DNA of 64,000 nucleotides from Kiritimatiellia bacterium (GCA_012103575.1 WLWN01000001.1:75792-139791), one strand, 5' to 3'; counted from the first letter of the stretch, positions 28,381 through 39,089 are shown. Numbers and translations are program-made. Notes: generated from the letters alone by a model not told the origin.

Positions 28381-30116
28381 AAGACCTCAATCTCAACGAT
28401 GTCTGGGCCCATCTTATCATTGAAGAGTTTTATCGGCAAGGGGTCCGATGCGTAAGCCTTTCTTCTGGATCGCGTAGTTCTCCTTTAACGGTTGCTGCTG
28501 CCGAACATCCTGGCATAGAATGTATCGTCCACTACGATGAACGAGGCGCCGCTTTTTTTGCGGTGGGATGGGGCCGAGCGACAGGGATGCCGGCGCTTGT
28601 GATTACAACGTCTGGAACTGCCGTAGCCAATGCCTTTCCAGCTGTCATTGAAGCAGCGAAGGATCATGTGCCTCTTATTTTACTGACGGCAGATAGGCCT
28701 CCTGAACTGAGAGACACAGGGGCTAATCAAACGATTGACCAAGTAAAAATCTTTGGTGAATATGTGCGATGGAATGTTGATCTTCCGTGCCCAACACAGG
28801 ACATCGATCCCGCTATGGTTTTAACCACCGTTGACCAGATTTGGTTTCAAACCCTAAACACTAAAGGGCCTACTCATTTGAACTGTATGTTTCGAGAACC
28901 TTTAACTTCAACAGACAGAGATTTCAGTGATGTCGTTTCGCTAAAAAATATTCAAAAATGGCGTGACGGAGAAAGCCTTTATACTTCATATCCAATGCCC
29001 ACAGTGCGATTGGAGGAGTCGAAACTCGAAGAGGTAGCTTCAGCCTTATCTTCTGTTAAACAAGGTATCATCGTCGTCGGAAAACTTGATCACCCAGAAC
29101 AAAGCAAAGCGGTTTCTACATTGATTGCGGCTATGCAATGGCCTGTGTTTCCGGATAGTACATCGGGTTTGAAAGTAGGAAATCATAGCCCCTATATAAT
29201 CTCTCATTGCGATCAAATCTTGGTATCCCAACCTGCAACCGAATCCACTCGGCCAGAAGCAGTACTGCATGTGGGGGGGGCTATAGTTTCAAAACGCTTG
29301 CTTCATTTCATTAAACAATCTAGGCCTAAGAAATATATTGTTGTCAAAGAACATGCTCAACGACAGGATCCTTTTCATCATGTAACGACGAGTATTCAAA
29401 CAAATCTTGAAGATTTTTGTTGTCGATTCGCGTCCATTGTAAAAATAACCCCTGATCCTTCTTGGCTCTCTCAATGGTTAACGTATTCAGACAAAATAGG
29501 CGAAAAAATCAGGAATCATTTTTCTGGCATGAATGAACTAAATGAACCGCTCATTGCCCGATTAGTATCAGCCGAACTTCCAGAAAATCATGGCCTTGTT
29601 TTGGGCAATAGTATGCCTATATGCGATATGGATATGTACGGCGCTTGTGATGGGTCGTCGATTCGGATCATCGCCAATCGTGGAGCGAGTGGGATTGATG
29701 GACTGATTGCCACCGCAGCGGGTTATGCTCAAGGCACAGGAAGTCCTGTTACGGTTATTATAGGTGATTTAACTTGTTTACACGATTTAAACTCACTGGC
29801 TTTTTTAAAAAAGATAAAAGTGCCTGTAACCCTTATTGTTATAAACAATGATGGGGGTGGTATTTTTTCATTTCTACCTGTCTCGAAAGACAAAAACAAC
29901 TTTGAACCCTACTTTGGAACCCCTCATGGTTTATCTCTTCAAGGAGGAGCAAAGCTATTTCAATTGGATTATAAGCATCCCCAAACAGCAGATGAGTTTG
30001 TGAAAGATTTTGAGGAAGCGACCCAATCCGATCAATCAACTCTTATAGAGGTCTTTACAGATCGACAAAAAAATTATGAGTTGCACGAGACTCTACTGAG
30101 AATAAAAGAAGAGTAA
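28377..30116 (+). CDS. menD: 2-succinyl-5-enolpyruvyl-6-hydroxy-3-cyclohexene-1-carboxylate synthase
   Basis: ThDP enzyme; ATG at 28377 overlaps menF stop (ATGA); MenD-like N-terminus. Confidence 0.8.
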   Translation: MKDLNLNDVWAHLIIEEFYRQGVRCVSLSSGSRSSPLTVAAAEHPGIECIVHYDERGAAFFAVGWGRATGMPALVITTSGTAVANAFPAVIEAAKDHVPLILLTADRPPELRDTGANQTIDQVKIFGEYVRWNVDLPCPTQDIDPAMVLTTVDQIWFQTLNTKGPTHLNCMFREPLTSTDRDFSDVVSLKNIQKWRDGESLYTSYPMPTVRLEESKLEEVASALSSVKQGIIVVGKLDHPEQSKAVSTLIAAMQWPVFPDSTSGLKVGNHSPYIISHCDQILVSQPATESTRPEAVLHVGGAIVSKRLLHFIKQSRPKKYIVVKEHAQRQDPFHHVTTSIQTNLEDFCCRFASIVKITPDPSWLSQWLTYSDKIGEKIRNHFSGMNELNEPLIARLVSAELPENHGLVLGNSMPICDMDMYGACDGSSIRIIANRGASGIDGLIATAAGYAQGTGSPVTVIIGDLTCLHDLNSLAFLKKIKVPVTLIVINNDGGGIFSFLPVSKDKNNFEPYFGTPHGLSLQGGAKLFQLDYKHPQTADEFVKDFEEATQSDQSTLIEVFTDRQKNYELHETLLRIKEE

Positions 30117-30239
30117 AGAATCAGGTTGCATCGTTGCATTGTGCCCATGTACTATCCCCGCACTCACAACGTATTCATAAAGCAGATAAACCTAAGTTTG
30201 TACTTTTCGGGAAAGTCAATATGAGAGCACCTAAAAACT

Positions 30240-31382
30240 ATGAAAATACACGAATATCAAGCAAAGGATTTATTTCGGTCCTATGGCATGCTTCTTCCTT
30301 CAGGCAAGGTTGCACGCAGTGCGGATGAAGCCGAATCTATCAGTAACGAATTAGGTTCTACAGTAGCTGTCAAATCTCAGGTTCATGTCGGGGGTCGTGG
30401 CAAAGCGGGTGGGATTAAGCTCGCTCATTCTCCAGAAGAAGCTCGTGCCGCTGCCGAGGCTATTTTAGGGATGGATATTAAAGGAAGCATCGTTCGCAAA
30501 GTATGGGTCGAACAGGCGGCAAGGATTTCAAAAGAAGCCTATCTTGGTCTAATTGTGGATCGTAGTTCAGCCTGTCTTTCCTTTATTTGCAGCTCCGAAG
30601 GGGGCGTGGAAATTGAAGAGACCGCTGCTAAAACGCCTGAAAAAATTCTGCGTTTTAAAACGTATCCCAAAGAATTTCCTGAAGATGGAGCCAGAAAATA
30701 CGCGGGACAGTTGTTTGGGGATGAAACGTCTGTCGACGGCGTTCTCGATGTCATGCGGAAATTATTCAAATTGTTTGCTCAGAAAGATTGTTCCCTCGCA
30801 GAAATCAATCCCTTAGTGTTAACCGAAGACGGGCAAGTCATAGCTTTAGATGGAAAGATTAACTTTGATGACAATGCTTTGTATCGACATCCGGAAATTG
30901 AAGAACTTCGCGATATGGATGAAGAGAACGAAAACGAAATCACAGCCAAGGAACAAGGCCTAAGCTTTGTACAATTAGATGGCGATATTGGGTGCATGGT
31001 CAACGGTGCTGGTTTAGCCATGGCGACCATGGATGCGATTAAGCTTTTTGGAGGTGACCCTGCTAATTTTCTCGATGTGGGAGGCAGTTCAAATCCGGAA
31101 AAGGTCGTCAATGCGTTTCGTCTCATTCTAAACAGCTCAAAGGTAAAAGCCATCCTCATTAATATTTTCGGGGGGATTACCCGATGCGATGATATTGCCA
31201 GAGGCATCATAGAATCCGGCAGACAAATCGATATCAACGTACCTATTGTTGTTCGTCTCGTGGGCACAAATATGGAAGAGGGGCTTGGGCTCTTAAAAGG
31301 GACTTCACTAATTCCGGCTTCAACATTAGCGGATGGGGTCCAAAAAACAATTGACTTGGCGAAAGGAACGATATCGGGATGA
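30240..31382 (+). CDS. sucC: succinyl-CoA synthetase beta subunit
   Basis: [12 protein letters not shown]... ATP-grasp N-terminus; CoA-ligase C-terminus. Confidence 0.9.
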   Translation: MKIHEYQAKDLFRSYGMLLPSGKVARSADEAESISNELGSTVAVKSQVHVGGRGKAGGIKLAHSPEEARAAAEAILGMDIKGSIVRKVWVEQAARISKEAYLGLIVDRSSACLSFICSSEGGVEIEETAAKTPEKILRFKTYPKEFPEDGARKYAGQLFGDETSVDGVLDVMRKLFKLFAQKDCSLAEINPLVLTEDGQVIALDGKINFDDNALYRHPEIEELRDMDEENENEITAKEQGLSFVQLDGDIGCMVNGAGLAMATMDAIKLFGGDPANFLDVGGSSNPEKVVNAFRLILNSSKVKAILINIFGGITRCDDIARGIIESGRQIDINVPIVVRLVGTNMEEGLGLLKGTSLIPASTLADGVQKTIDLAKGTISG

Positions 31383-32248
31383 GTATTTTAGTAGACGAAA
31401 ATACGCGATTGATTGTTCAAGGTATTACGGGGCGTGATGGATCGTTTCACGCTCACCAAATGCTTGATTACGGGACCAACGTCGTGGGTGGGGTCACTCC
31501 CGGAAAAGGGGGGCAAACCGAGCATGACCTCCCTGTTTTTAATACGATGAGAGAAGCCGTACTAGGAACCCATGCGAACGCATCTGTTATTTATGTGCCC
31601 GCAAAATTTGCCCCTGAAGCTATCGTAGAAGCTGCGGATTCAGGCATTGAACTGATTGTCTGTATTACCGAAGGGGTGCCAGTCATCGATATGATAGAGG
31701 TGTATCATGCCGTGAAAAATAAAGGCCTGATATTGATTGGACCTAATTGTCCCGGCGTTATTTCTCCGGGAGAATCCAAGGTGGGTATTATGCCCGGTCA
31801 AATCCACAAACCTGGAAACGTGGGGGTCATTTCCAGAAGCGGTACATTGACCTATGAAATTGTGCATGCATTGACCCAATTCGACATAGGTCAGTCAACG
31901 TGTATTGGGATTGGTGGCGATCCAATTATTGGTACTTCTTTTCGAGATTTACTGCCCTTATTTCAAGCAGACGATCAAACCGATGCTATCGTGATCGTCG
32001 GCGAAATTGGAGGCGATGAAGAAGAAAAAACCGCGGAATTTATTCAAAAAAATGTTTCCAAACCGGTCTTTTCCTTCATTGTTGGGCATACAGCCCCTGA
32101 AGGAAAACGAATGGGGCATGCGGGTGCGATTATTTCAGGCGGAAGCGGTACAGCTGAATCCAAGACAAAAGCCTTAAATGATGCGGGGGTTCCTGTCGCT
32201 AAAACTATTGACGAGCTCGCAGGTCTTGTTAGAGATCATTTTGCCTAA
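31379..32248 (+). CDS. sucD: succinyl-CoA synthetase alpha subunit
   Basis: Start overlaps sucC stop; [15 protein letters not shown] catalytic His block. Confidence 0.9.
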   Translation: MSILVDENTRLIVQGITGRDGSFHAHQMLDYGTNVVGGVTPGKGGQTEHDLPVFNTMREAVLGTHANASVIYVPAKFAPEAIVEAADSGIELIVCITEGVPVIDMIEVYHAVKNKGLILIGPNCPGVISPGESKVGIMPGQIHKPGNVGVISRSGTLTYEIVHALTQFDIGQSTCIGIGGDPIIGTSFRDLLPLFQADDQTDAIVIVGEIGGDEEEKTAEFIQKNVSKPVFSFIVGHTAPEGKRMGHAGAIISGGSGTAESKTKALNDAGVPVAKTIDELAGLVRDHFA

Positions 32249-32308
32249 GTAGCGCGAAGTTGACCTGACTTCAACGCCTGGATCACTGGAATAAGAAATT
32301 TCCAGACG

Positions 32309-33357
32309 GGTAGAGTAACAATACAAATGCAAAGGTCCGCAGCATAGTTCATTCTTTGGGTATCTGACCCCCCCCAAAGGAGAACATAGAATGCCACGAA
32401 CCTACGAACATTTAAACCGTTATGAACGAGAAGTGATAGCCCAGATGCTAAAAGAAAAATATAGCTTATCTCAAATTGGCCGTCACCTGGGCCGATCCCC
32501 CTCGACTATTTGGCGCGAATTTCGCCGTAATCGAGTCCGTGGCCGCTATTACCCAAGACCCGCAAATGGCCTGGCTCAAAGCCGATTACAGCTAGCTCGA
32601 AAGCCTCAAAAAGTGATGGGAGCTAGCAAAGAACAAGTGGAGACTCTCCTGGCGAAGTATTGGTCTCCAGAACAGATTGAAGGTCGAAGAAAGCTAGAAG
32701 GTGACCCTCCCATCAGTCGAATGACGATCTACCGCTACTTGTACAGTCCAAGAGGGGCTGGCTACCGAAAATACCTGCGTGGCCCCGGAAAGAAAAAACG
32801 AGCGACTCGGAAAAGCCATTCACGTATACACAACCAAACGATGATTGACCAACGCCCCGAAGAGGGTGAAAGCCGCAAGGTGGCAGGCCATTGGGAAGGT
32901 GACACTATTCAGGGCCAAACGAGAAAAGAGGCCTGTGTAGTCACTCTAGTAGATCGAGCGACTCGATATCTCATCGCCGATCTTTTACCTCGATGCAATG
33001 CCGAATCGGTCAACCGTTCCGTACCTCAGTTCGCTGATTCAGGGCTCCCCTGTAAAACGGTGACTGTAGATAATGGCATGGAGTTTGCCAGCCATGCTAA
33101 ACTACAGAAAAAAATAGCAACCCCCATTTTCTTTGCTGAAGGGAGAAACCCTTGGCAAAGAGGGAGCAACGAAAACACGAATGGTTTGCTTCGCCAGTTT
33201 TTCCCGAAGAAAACCGACTTTGCTGCCCACAGCTCCGCTCAGTTGAGCTGGGCTGTAGAGTTACTGAATAATAGACCGAGAAAATGCTTAGAATATAGAA
33301 CGCCCAAAGAAATGATGGACAGCTTCGGTTTTGCACTTGTAAGTCTCCACCTCTGCA
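32309..33357 (+). mobile_element. IS30-family element (type 1), apparently intact
   Basis: Left end GGTAGAGTAACAATACAA..., right end ...TTTTGCACTTGTAAGT...TGCA; single 323-aa transposase ORF. Confidence 0.85.
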
Positions 33358-33362
33358 AATGA
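32391..33362 (+). CDS. IS30-family transposase (323 aa, intact)
   Basis: HTH N-terminus; DDE block GHWEGDTI...TVTVDNGMEF...NPWQRGSNENTNGLLRQF. Confidence 0.85.
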   Translation: MPRTYEHLNRYEREVIAQMLKEKYSLSQIGRHLGRSPSTIWREFRRNRVRGRYYPRPANGLAQSRLQLARKPQKVMGASKEQVETLLAKYWSPEQIEGRRKLEGDPPISRMTIYRYLYSPRGAGYRKYLRGPGKKKRATRKSHSRIHNQTMIDQRPEEGESRKVAGHWEGDTIQGQTRKEACVVTLVDRATRYLIADLLPRCNAESVNRSVPQFADSGLPCKTVTVDNGMEFASHAKLQKKIATPIFFAEGRNPWQRGSNENTNGLLRQFFPKKTDFAAHSSAQLSWAVELLNNRPRKCLEYRTPKEMMDSFGFALVSLHLCK

Positions 33363-33416
33363 GATGAAAAAACCATTCTAAACATTGGCAAAAAAAGAGG
33401 AAAACCCTTTATTCGT

Positions 33417-34445
33417 TCATGCTGCTGTCGTTAGCAGATCGTGTTTATAGAGTTGTCGGATCATCTGGACATCTAGCCAATGCCCGGCTTTATAGGATAT
33501 GGCATTACCCACAAAATGTCCTTCTTCTATCAAAGCTAATGCTGCTAATAAATCTAATATAGCCCGATGCCAAACCGCTTCTAGTGATTTACCTTCATGA
33601 CTGCATTGTGGTTTATTATAATATCCAAACCGACCTGCAATCAAAAGATTTTCTGGCGAATACCCAAGATTTCGAATATCTGCAAACAGCATGCCGATTG
33701 TTTTGCAATAGAACATTTTCATAAATGAAGTATTTGTACGTGCCACAGATCCGTATCGGAAATGTTCGTAATTTAAAGGGAATTTAATTCGTTGTTTTCG
33801 TATAGCGGTTTTAAAATGGATCGCACAGTCAATGTTCAGGACAGGGTGGCTCTTTTCACAAGGGGCCAACGTTAAAAAACTACCATGCGGACCTGTAACC
33901 GTTACCGTTTCCTTGACGGTTATATAGCGAGATGAACGTTTTTGCTCTTCTGTTCCTGCCCTTTCAAAGGCTTCAACAAGATCTAGGCTGCCCTGATTAA
34001 AAAGGGGCGGGTCCCCTGAATCGATTTGAATCATTAGATTATCAATACCCGTTCCAAGTTTAAGAGCAATAATATGTTCAACGAGTCTGATATAATTATG
34101 CGGGGATCCACTGCGTAATACAATATTGCTGACGATAGCGCCTGTAGTCCATACATTGCGTATAGAGACTTTAACCGGAAGAGCATCGGGCAAATCAGTC
34201 CGATCAAACCACCAGCCTTCTTCATGTGTGGGCCTTAAGGTAACTGTTCTTTTTGCTTTACCAAAAAAGGTGCCAGGACCTGTGACGCTGACGGGTTCTG
34301 CAATGGTTTTTTGGTAAGGGGCGATTTTTCTTGGAGAGGTACTCATCAAATCCCAATCAATCGGTTGTTGTGCCCATTGATCGTATGATTTCTGAATCGT
34401 ATTGGATGGCCCTAAAATGATTTTTCCATATGATTTATATGACAT
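33417..34445 (-). CDS. lpxC: UDP-3-O-acyl-N-acetylglucosamine deacetylase
   Basis: Blocks TGPGTFFGKAKRTVTLRP, EHIIALKLGTGIDNLMIQIDSGDPP, HEGKSLEAVWH align to LpxC. Confidence 0.75.
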   Translation of the reverse strand: MSYKSYGKIILGPSNTIQKSYDQWAQQPIDWDLMSTSPRKIAPYQKTIAEPVSVTGPGTFFGKAKRTVTLRPTHEEGWWFDRTDLPDALPVKVSIRNVWTTGAIVSNIVLRSGSPHNYIRLVEHIIALKLGTGIDNLMIQIDSGDPPLFNQGSLDLVEAFERAGTEEQKRSSRYITVKETVTVTGPHGSFLTLAPCEKSHPVLNIDCAIHFKTAIRKQRIKFPLNYEHFRYGSVARTNTSFMKMFYCKTIGMLFADIRNLGYSPENLLIAGRFGYYNKPQCSHEGKSLEAVWHRAILDLLAALALIEEGHFVGNAISYKAGHWLDVQMIRQLYKHDLLTTAA

Positions 34446-34594
34446 GTTTTTTCTTTAATATATATGATCTAGGTATTACGGTACTCAATTGGTTCGGCTA
34501 GATCCGAGCTCAAAATGATTTTTTTCTAGTATGCAGGCTAATCTTTAGATTCATACCTATCTCAAACTCGTAAAGTAAAAGAAAAGGCAAAAGA

Positions 34595-35494
34595 GTGACA
34601 AAAGTAAAAGATATACCTCAATGGGTCGTTGGAATCATGATGTGCATTTCGTGCTCCGTGTCTGCTAAAACAGATTCGGAAATAAGAGTACTGTTAGAAC
34701 ATGTGAACCTTCGTGCACGACCTAGCTTGACGTCTGAAGTGGTTGGTCAAGTCAACTATGGCGATGTTTTGATGGCAAAGAAATTTAAGGAAGAATGGGT
34801 CAAAGTCGTTCCTCCTCCTACATTGGATTTATGGGTTCACCAGACCTTTCTTGAAAATGATCAGGTTTCCGTTGCGACCCTGAATGTGCGGGCAGGGGCG
34901 GGTATTAACTTTAATATAGTGGGTCAGCTAAAACGAGGCATGAAGATAAAATCAAGAGGAACCTTTGGCGAATGGGTCAAAATTGAACCCCCAGCCTCCG
35001 CCTCGTTATGGGTTCATCGCACTTTGGTTGAAGTGATTAAACCAATACCAAAACCTAAGCCTTTACCCAAGCCACAAAAACCTACGACAACACGCACTAA
35101 TATGCTTGTCGAGCCGAAGGAAGACGCACAACCTCCTGGCAACCACAAGAAGGTGAGCCCTAAGCTCTCTGAAGCATCGAAAAAGAATCGTCCCCCAAAA
35201 GCACTTAAGCTAATTCCTTTAGATGGTCAGGGTCTTGAAGTCGAACGAGTGGGGATTTTAACGAAAGCGGGTTTTGTCTTTAAGCCACCTGCTCGTTATA
35301 GACTCGTTCGGTATAGGGGTAATTACACAGAGACGATCTGCTATGTATATGCGAAAGAAGATAAGTTGCTTCCACTAAAGGGTAAACGTGTACTTATTCA
35401 CGGTCACGAGTATTGGGTACATAAGAGTAAGTATCCTGTCGTGGTTCCTCGAAAAATCGAAATCAGAGATGCTGTTCAGCAAATCTCTTTCTGA
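34595..35494 (+). CDS. secreted protein with two bacterial SH3-like repeats and a proline/lysine-rich linker
   Basis: Signal peptide; duplicated (V/L)N(V/L)RA...G...G....V.V block; PKPKPLPKPQKP linker. Confidence 0.45.
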   Translation: MTKVKDIPQWVVGIMMCISCSVSAKTDSEIRVLLEHVNLRARPSLTSEVVGQVNYGDVLMAKKFKEEWVKVVPPPTLDLWVHQTFLENDQVSVATLNVRAGAGINFNIVGQLKRGMKIKSRGTFGEWVKIEPPASASLWVHRTLVEVIKPIPKPKPLPKPQKPTTTRTNMLVEPKEDAQPPGNHKKVSPKLSEASKKNRPPKALKLIPLDGQGLEVERVGILTKAGFVFKPPARYRLVRYRGNYTETICYVYAKEDKLLPLKGKRVLIHGHEYWVHKSKYPVVVPRKIEIRDAVQQISF

Positions 35495-35551
35495 GCTATT
35501 TATTCTGACCTATCTGTCATGATAAATCCCGCAAGGATAAAAGAGGAGTTT

Positions 35552-36043
35552 TTAAGAGGGACCCGTAATACGTTTTTTTTGAAAAAACGTTTGTAGAAGA
35601 TCCTTGCCGTCTTCTTCTAAAATGCCTGAACAGATTTCCACGTGATGATTCAATGCCTTACACTGTAGAATATTAAACAAAGACCTTCCACCTCCTCTCA
35701 ATGGATCGGTCATAGCCCAGACAACGCGTGGAATTCTGGCTTGGACAATGGCACCTGCACACATCGGGCAAGGTTCTTTAGTCACATAGAGCACGGTATC
35801 TAACAGTCGCCAGTTTTCTAATGCACTGGCTGCTTGGGTAATGGCAATAATTTCTGCATGGGCCGTTGGGTCTTTAAGTAATTCCACTTGGTTATAAGCC
35901 CGGGCAATAACCCGGTCTTTATGAACAATGACGGCTCCCACAGGGACTTCATTTTCCCGGGCCGCTTGGTGGGCCATGTTGATCGCCATTCTCATATAGG
36001 TTATGTCATTATCTATAACTTGCATTAGGATACAATTTTTCAA
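35552..36043 (-). CDS. tadA: tRNA-specific adenosine deaminase
   Basis: HAEIIAI...PCPMCAGA zinc-binding deaminase motifs. Confidence 0.85.
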   Translation of the reverse strand: MKNCILMQVIDNDITYMRMAINMAHQAARENEVPVGAVIVHKDRVIARAYNQVELLKDPTAHAEIIAITQAASALENWRLLDTVLYVTKEPCPMCAGAIVQARIPRVVWAMTDPLRGGGRSLFNILQCKALNHHVEICSGILEEDGKDLLQTFFQKKRITGPS

Positions 36044-36060
36044 CCCGTTTTAGTATATTA

Positions 36061-36223
36061 CCTGGATCCGTTAGTTAGACGTGGGATTTCTGTGCGAATG
36101 CTTTGGAGGCAAAAGGTTGCAAAAAAACGCAGGCGCACCCGCTGGGTGTGTCGAGGCTTTTTTGTAATTCCTTTTGGCCCAAATGGTCCGTGCAGAAAAC
36201 CGCGTTTAACTGACGGATCCAGG
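36061..36223 (-). mobile_element. MITE-1 copy 3 (inverted orientation)
   Basis: Perfect TIRs; located 18 bp upstream of tadA start. Confidence 0.75.
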
Positions 36224-36306
36224 TATTATCTCTATCTAGGATTCCTTATCCGATATTGACATTTAATGTATTTGATTTTTATGCGTAACGCTATACACTC
36301 CTGCCC

Positions 36307-37164
36307 ATGTCACGTTTACCATCATGGATTCGATTATCACTGTGTACAGACCAAGGCTTTAACCATGTTCATAGCCTGATCTCAAGTCATAAATTAAACA
36401 CCGTTTGTGAGAGCGCCAAATGTCCGAACCGACATGCCTGTTGGAATCGTGGTACAGCTACGATGATGATATTAGGCGACGTGTGCACACGTGACTGTAA
36501 ATTTTGCGCGATCAAAACCGGGCGACCTCTCCCTTTAGACTATGATGAACCCCGTCGAGTGGCTTCAGCAGCAAAATCAATGAACTTAAATCATGTGGTT
36601 ATAACGAGTGTAGCTCGTGATGATCTTGATGATGGAGGGGCGGGTATCTTTGCAGAGACCATATCAGCTATAAGAGATGAATTGCCAGAGGCCTCTATTG
36701 AAGTATTAACGCCCGATTTTGACAGTAAAATTGAAAATCTTGATCAAGTATTAAAAGCGCGGCCTGATGTTTTTAACCACAATCTGGAGACGGTTAAACG
36801 ATTTCAACCTCTGATACGTCCACAAGCTTCGTACGGACGTTCGTTGGCGACTCTCAAACATGCGGCATCCAGTCCTATTCGGCCTGCTATTAAATCGGGT
36901 ATGATGTTGGGATTAGGCGAGACCGAAGAAGAGATCGTTGAAGCGATGGGAGATCTCGTTTCCGTGGGATGCGAACTGTTGACCTTAGGGCAATATCTAA
37001 GGCCGACACCTGATCATATTAAAGTCAATCGTTATGTTGCACCTGATGAGTTTAATCATTTTGCCGATCGAGCACGAGAGATTGGATTCAAAGGTGTTGC
37101 TTCAGGGCCTATGGTCCGATCTTCTTACAAAGCTGACGAATTGCTTGCACAGTTACGTTCTTAG
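36307..37164 (+). CDS. lipA: lipoyl synthase
   Basis: Radical-SAM CTRDCKFC motif plus N-terminal Cys cluster. Confidence 0.9.
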   Translation: MSRLPSWIRLSLCTDQGFNHVHSLISSHKLNTVCESAKCPNRHACWNRGTATMMILGDVCTRDCKFCAIKTGRPLPLDYDEPRRVASAAKSMNLNHVVITSVARDDLDDGGAGIFAETISAIRDELPEASIEVLTPDFDSKIENLDQVLKARPDVFNHNLETVKRFQPLIRPQASYGRSLATLKHAASSPIRPAIKSGMMLGLGETEEEIVEAMGDLVSVGCELLTLGQYLRPTPDHIKVNRYVAPDEFNHFADRAREIGFKGVASGPMVRSSYKADELLAQLRS

Positions 37165-37241
37165 TATAGTTCAAGGTTCGCAGTTCGCGGTTCAGGGTTG
37201 GCGCATCCAGTTTTCACCCAAAAAACCAAGAGAGGAAAAAA

Positions 37242-38261
37242 ATGAGTGCCATACAGATGTCGAATTCAATTTCTTCGGAAAGTCCATTGTCCATACTAGT
37301 CCTACGGGGAATGATTGGAGGAACCCTCATGGGTTTGGCCAATTTAGTGCCCGGAATTAGTGGTGGCACTATGCTGTTGGCAGCAGGGGTATACCCTTTA
37401 TTTATCAATGGGATTGCTGAAGTAACAACAGGACGCTTCAGAAGACCATCATTGGTTGTTTTAGGGGCTGTTGTGTTATCGGCGGGATTTGCCATTCTAT
37501 TACTCGCAGGTAGCGTAAAAAGTTTAGTGGTAGACCATCGTTGGGTGATGTACAGCTTATTTATTGGACTTACATTGGGCGGTGTTCCTCTTGTGTGGAA
37601 CATGGTGGGTAAAGCAACGCGGGGGACTTGGGTAGGGGTTGGGATGGGGTTCTTAACAATGGTCTTTTTGGCTTATGTTCAGCAAGTAGGGTTTGGAACG
37701 AGTGGAGGGGGGGGGGAGGCTGCAGGCATTATCATGCTTTTTGTAGCCGGCATTGCGGGTGCTAGCGCCATGATCCTACCAGGTATCAGTGGGGGGTATT
37801 TACTTTTGGTGCTAGGTCAGTACGTCATTATCTTATCCGCAATCGGTCGATTTAAAGAAGCATTACAAGCAAGCGACTTTAGTACGGTTTTGAATATAGG
37901 ACTTTATGTCATCCTGCCGGTTGGGTTAGGGGTTCTGATAGGAATTGTTGGGGTCAGCAATTTACTTCGTATATTACTCAAACGATTTGAAAAGACTACC
38001 TTAGGTGTGCTTTTGGGTCTATTAATTGGGGCGACAGTGGGCCTTTGGCCTTTTCAGCACGGAGTACAACCTGAAATTGGCGATGTGATCAAAGGCCAAA
38101 TTGTAACACATGAGACCCTCATCAACTTTGAGCCTGAAGATTACCTTACAGCATTTTTCCAGCCAACGTTCGGTCACGTTGGAGGCGTTTTAGGCCTTAT
38201 CATTATCGGCTTCTTTGGGACCGTGGCCGTGGCTAGGATTGGCAATCCTTCAAAGGGATAG
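37242..38261 (+). CDS. DUF368-family polytopic membrane protein (polyprenyl-phosphate translocase-like)
   Basis: Duplicated PGISGG motif (LVPGISGGTML / ILPGISGGYLL) in hydrophobic protein; G10 tract 37707-37716 inside CDS. Confidence 0.55.
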   Translation: MSAIQMSNSISSESPLSILVLRGMIGGTLMGLANLVPGISGGTMLLAAGVYPLFINGIAEVTTGRFRRPSLVVLGAVVLSAGFAILLLAGSVKSLVVDHRWVMYSLFIGLTLGGVPLVWNMVGKATRGTWVGVGMGFLTMVFLAYVQQVGFGTSGGGGEAAGIIMLFVAGIAGASAMILPGISGGYLLLVLGQYVIILSAIGRFKEALQASDFSTVLNIGLYVILPVGLGVLIGIVGVSNLLRILLKRFEKTTLGVLLGLLIGATVGLWPFQHGVQPEIGDVIKGQIVTHETLINFEPEDYLTAFFQPTFGHVGGVLGLIIIGFFGTVAVARIGNPSKG

Positions 38262-38384
38262 TTTCTGATCTTAAAGGGGTTAACAATCCTCCTCGACGCT
38301 CGACGCTGAGGTTTTTTATTGTTAAAAAAGTACATACATTGTACGTTCGGAGTAATCCAAACATCAAATCGAAGGAATTAGAAG

Positions 38385-38996
38385 ATGCCAGATCAGAGCG
38401 CTGTTGAAAATCCGATAAAAATCACGGGTGAATTTACACCTGATCCCGATGTGTGTAAATTTATCATCGATCGTCCCATACTTGACGGGTGGACATTAAT
38501 CTTTAAAGACAAAGATCAGTCCATGGGCTCTCCCCTTGTCGATGCCTTATTTGAAATAGAAGGTATTACCGAAGTAAAGGTTACAGGCTCTACGGTAACC
38601 ATTACTAAAAATATTTCAATACCTTGGCCCGACATGGGCAACGATATCTTGCCGGCTATACGCCATGTATTAACCCATAACAAATCCGCTATTTCTCAAG
38701 AAGCCATTGAAGCCGTTGAACAAGCAGCCACAGAAGATATAGGATCTGTGATCGAACAATTGTTTGAGGTTCACATCAATCCCGCCTTAGCTTCACATGG
38801 TGGTTACGTCCGGTTACTAGAAGTTCAGGATCGAGATGTGTACCTTGAAATGGGTGGTGGCTGTCAAGGATGCGCGGCATCTCAGGCGACTTTAAGGGAT
38901 GGAATTGAAACAGCCATTCGCGAAGTCGTTCCACAGGTCCGGCAGGTTATAGATGCCACCGATCATTCATCCGGCGCCAATCCTTATTATAGCTGA
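38385..38996 (+). CDS. NifU/Nfu-type Fe-S cluster scaffold protein
   Basis: C-terminal NifU domain with GGGCQGCAAS motif. Confidence 0.6.
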   Translation: MPDQSAVENPIKITGEFTPDPDVCKFIIDRPILDGWTLIFKDKDQSMGSPLVDALFEIEGITEVKVTGSTVTITKNISIPWPDMGNDILPAIRHVLTHNKSAISQEAIEAVEQAATEDIGSVIEQLFEVHINPALASHGGYVRLLEVQDRDVYLEMGGGCQGCAASQATLRDGIETAIREVVPQVRQVIDATDHSSGANPYYS

Positions 38997-39089
38997 AGGG
39001 GTAGGGGAGTGTGATTATTATGAGTCGATATCTTTGATGGCTATTACTGATTCGATACTTCCTTAATATTGATCAAAAAAAACGAATAA

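Noticed and set aside
30779-31267. Long antisense ORFs within sucC, menD, ftsH and the transketolase-like gene (for example 30779-31267, 29046-29270, 55688-55969, 6745-7158)
   Set aside because: Fully embedded antisense to strongly supported genes; typical shadow ORFs.
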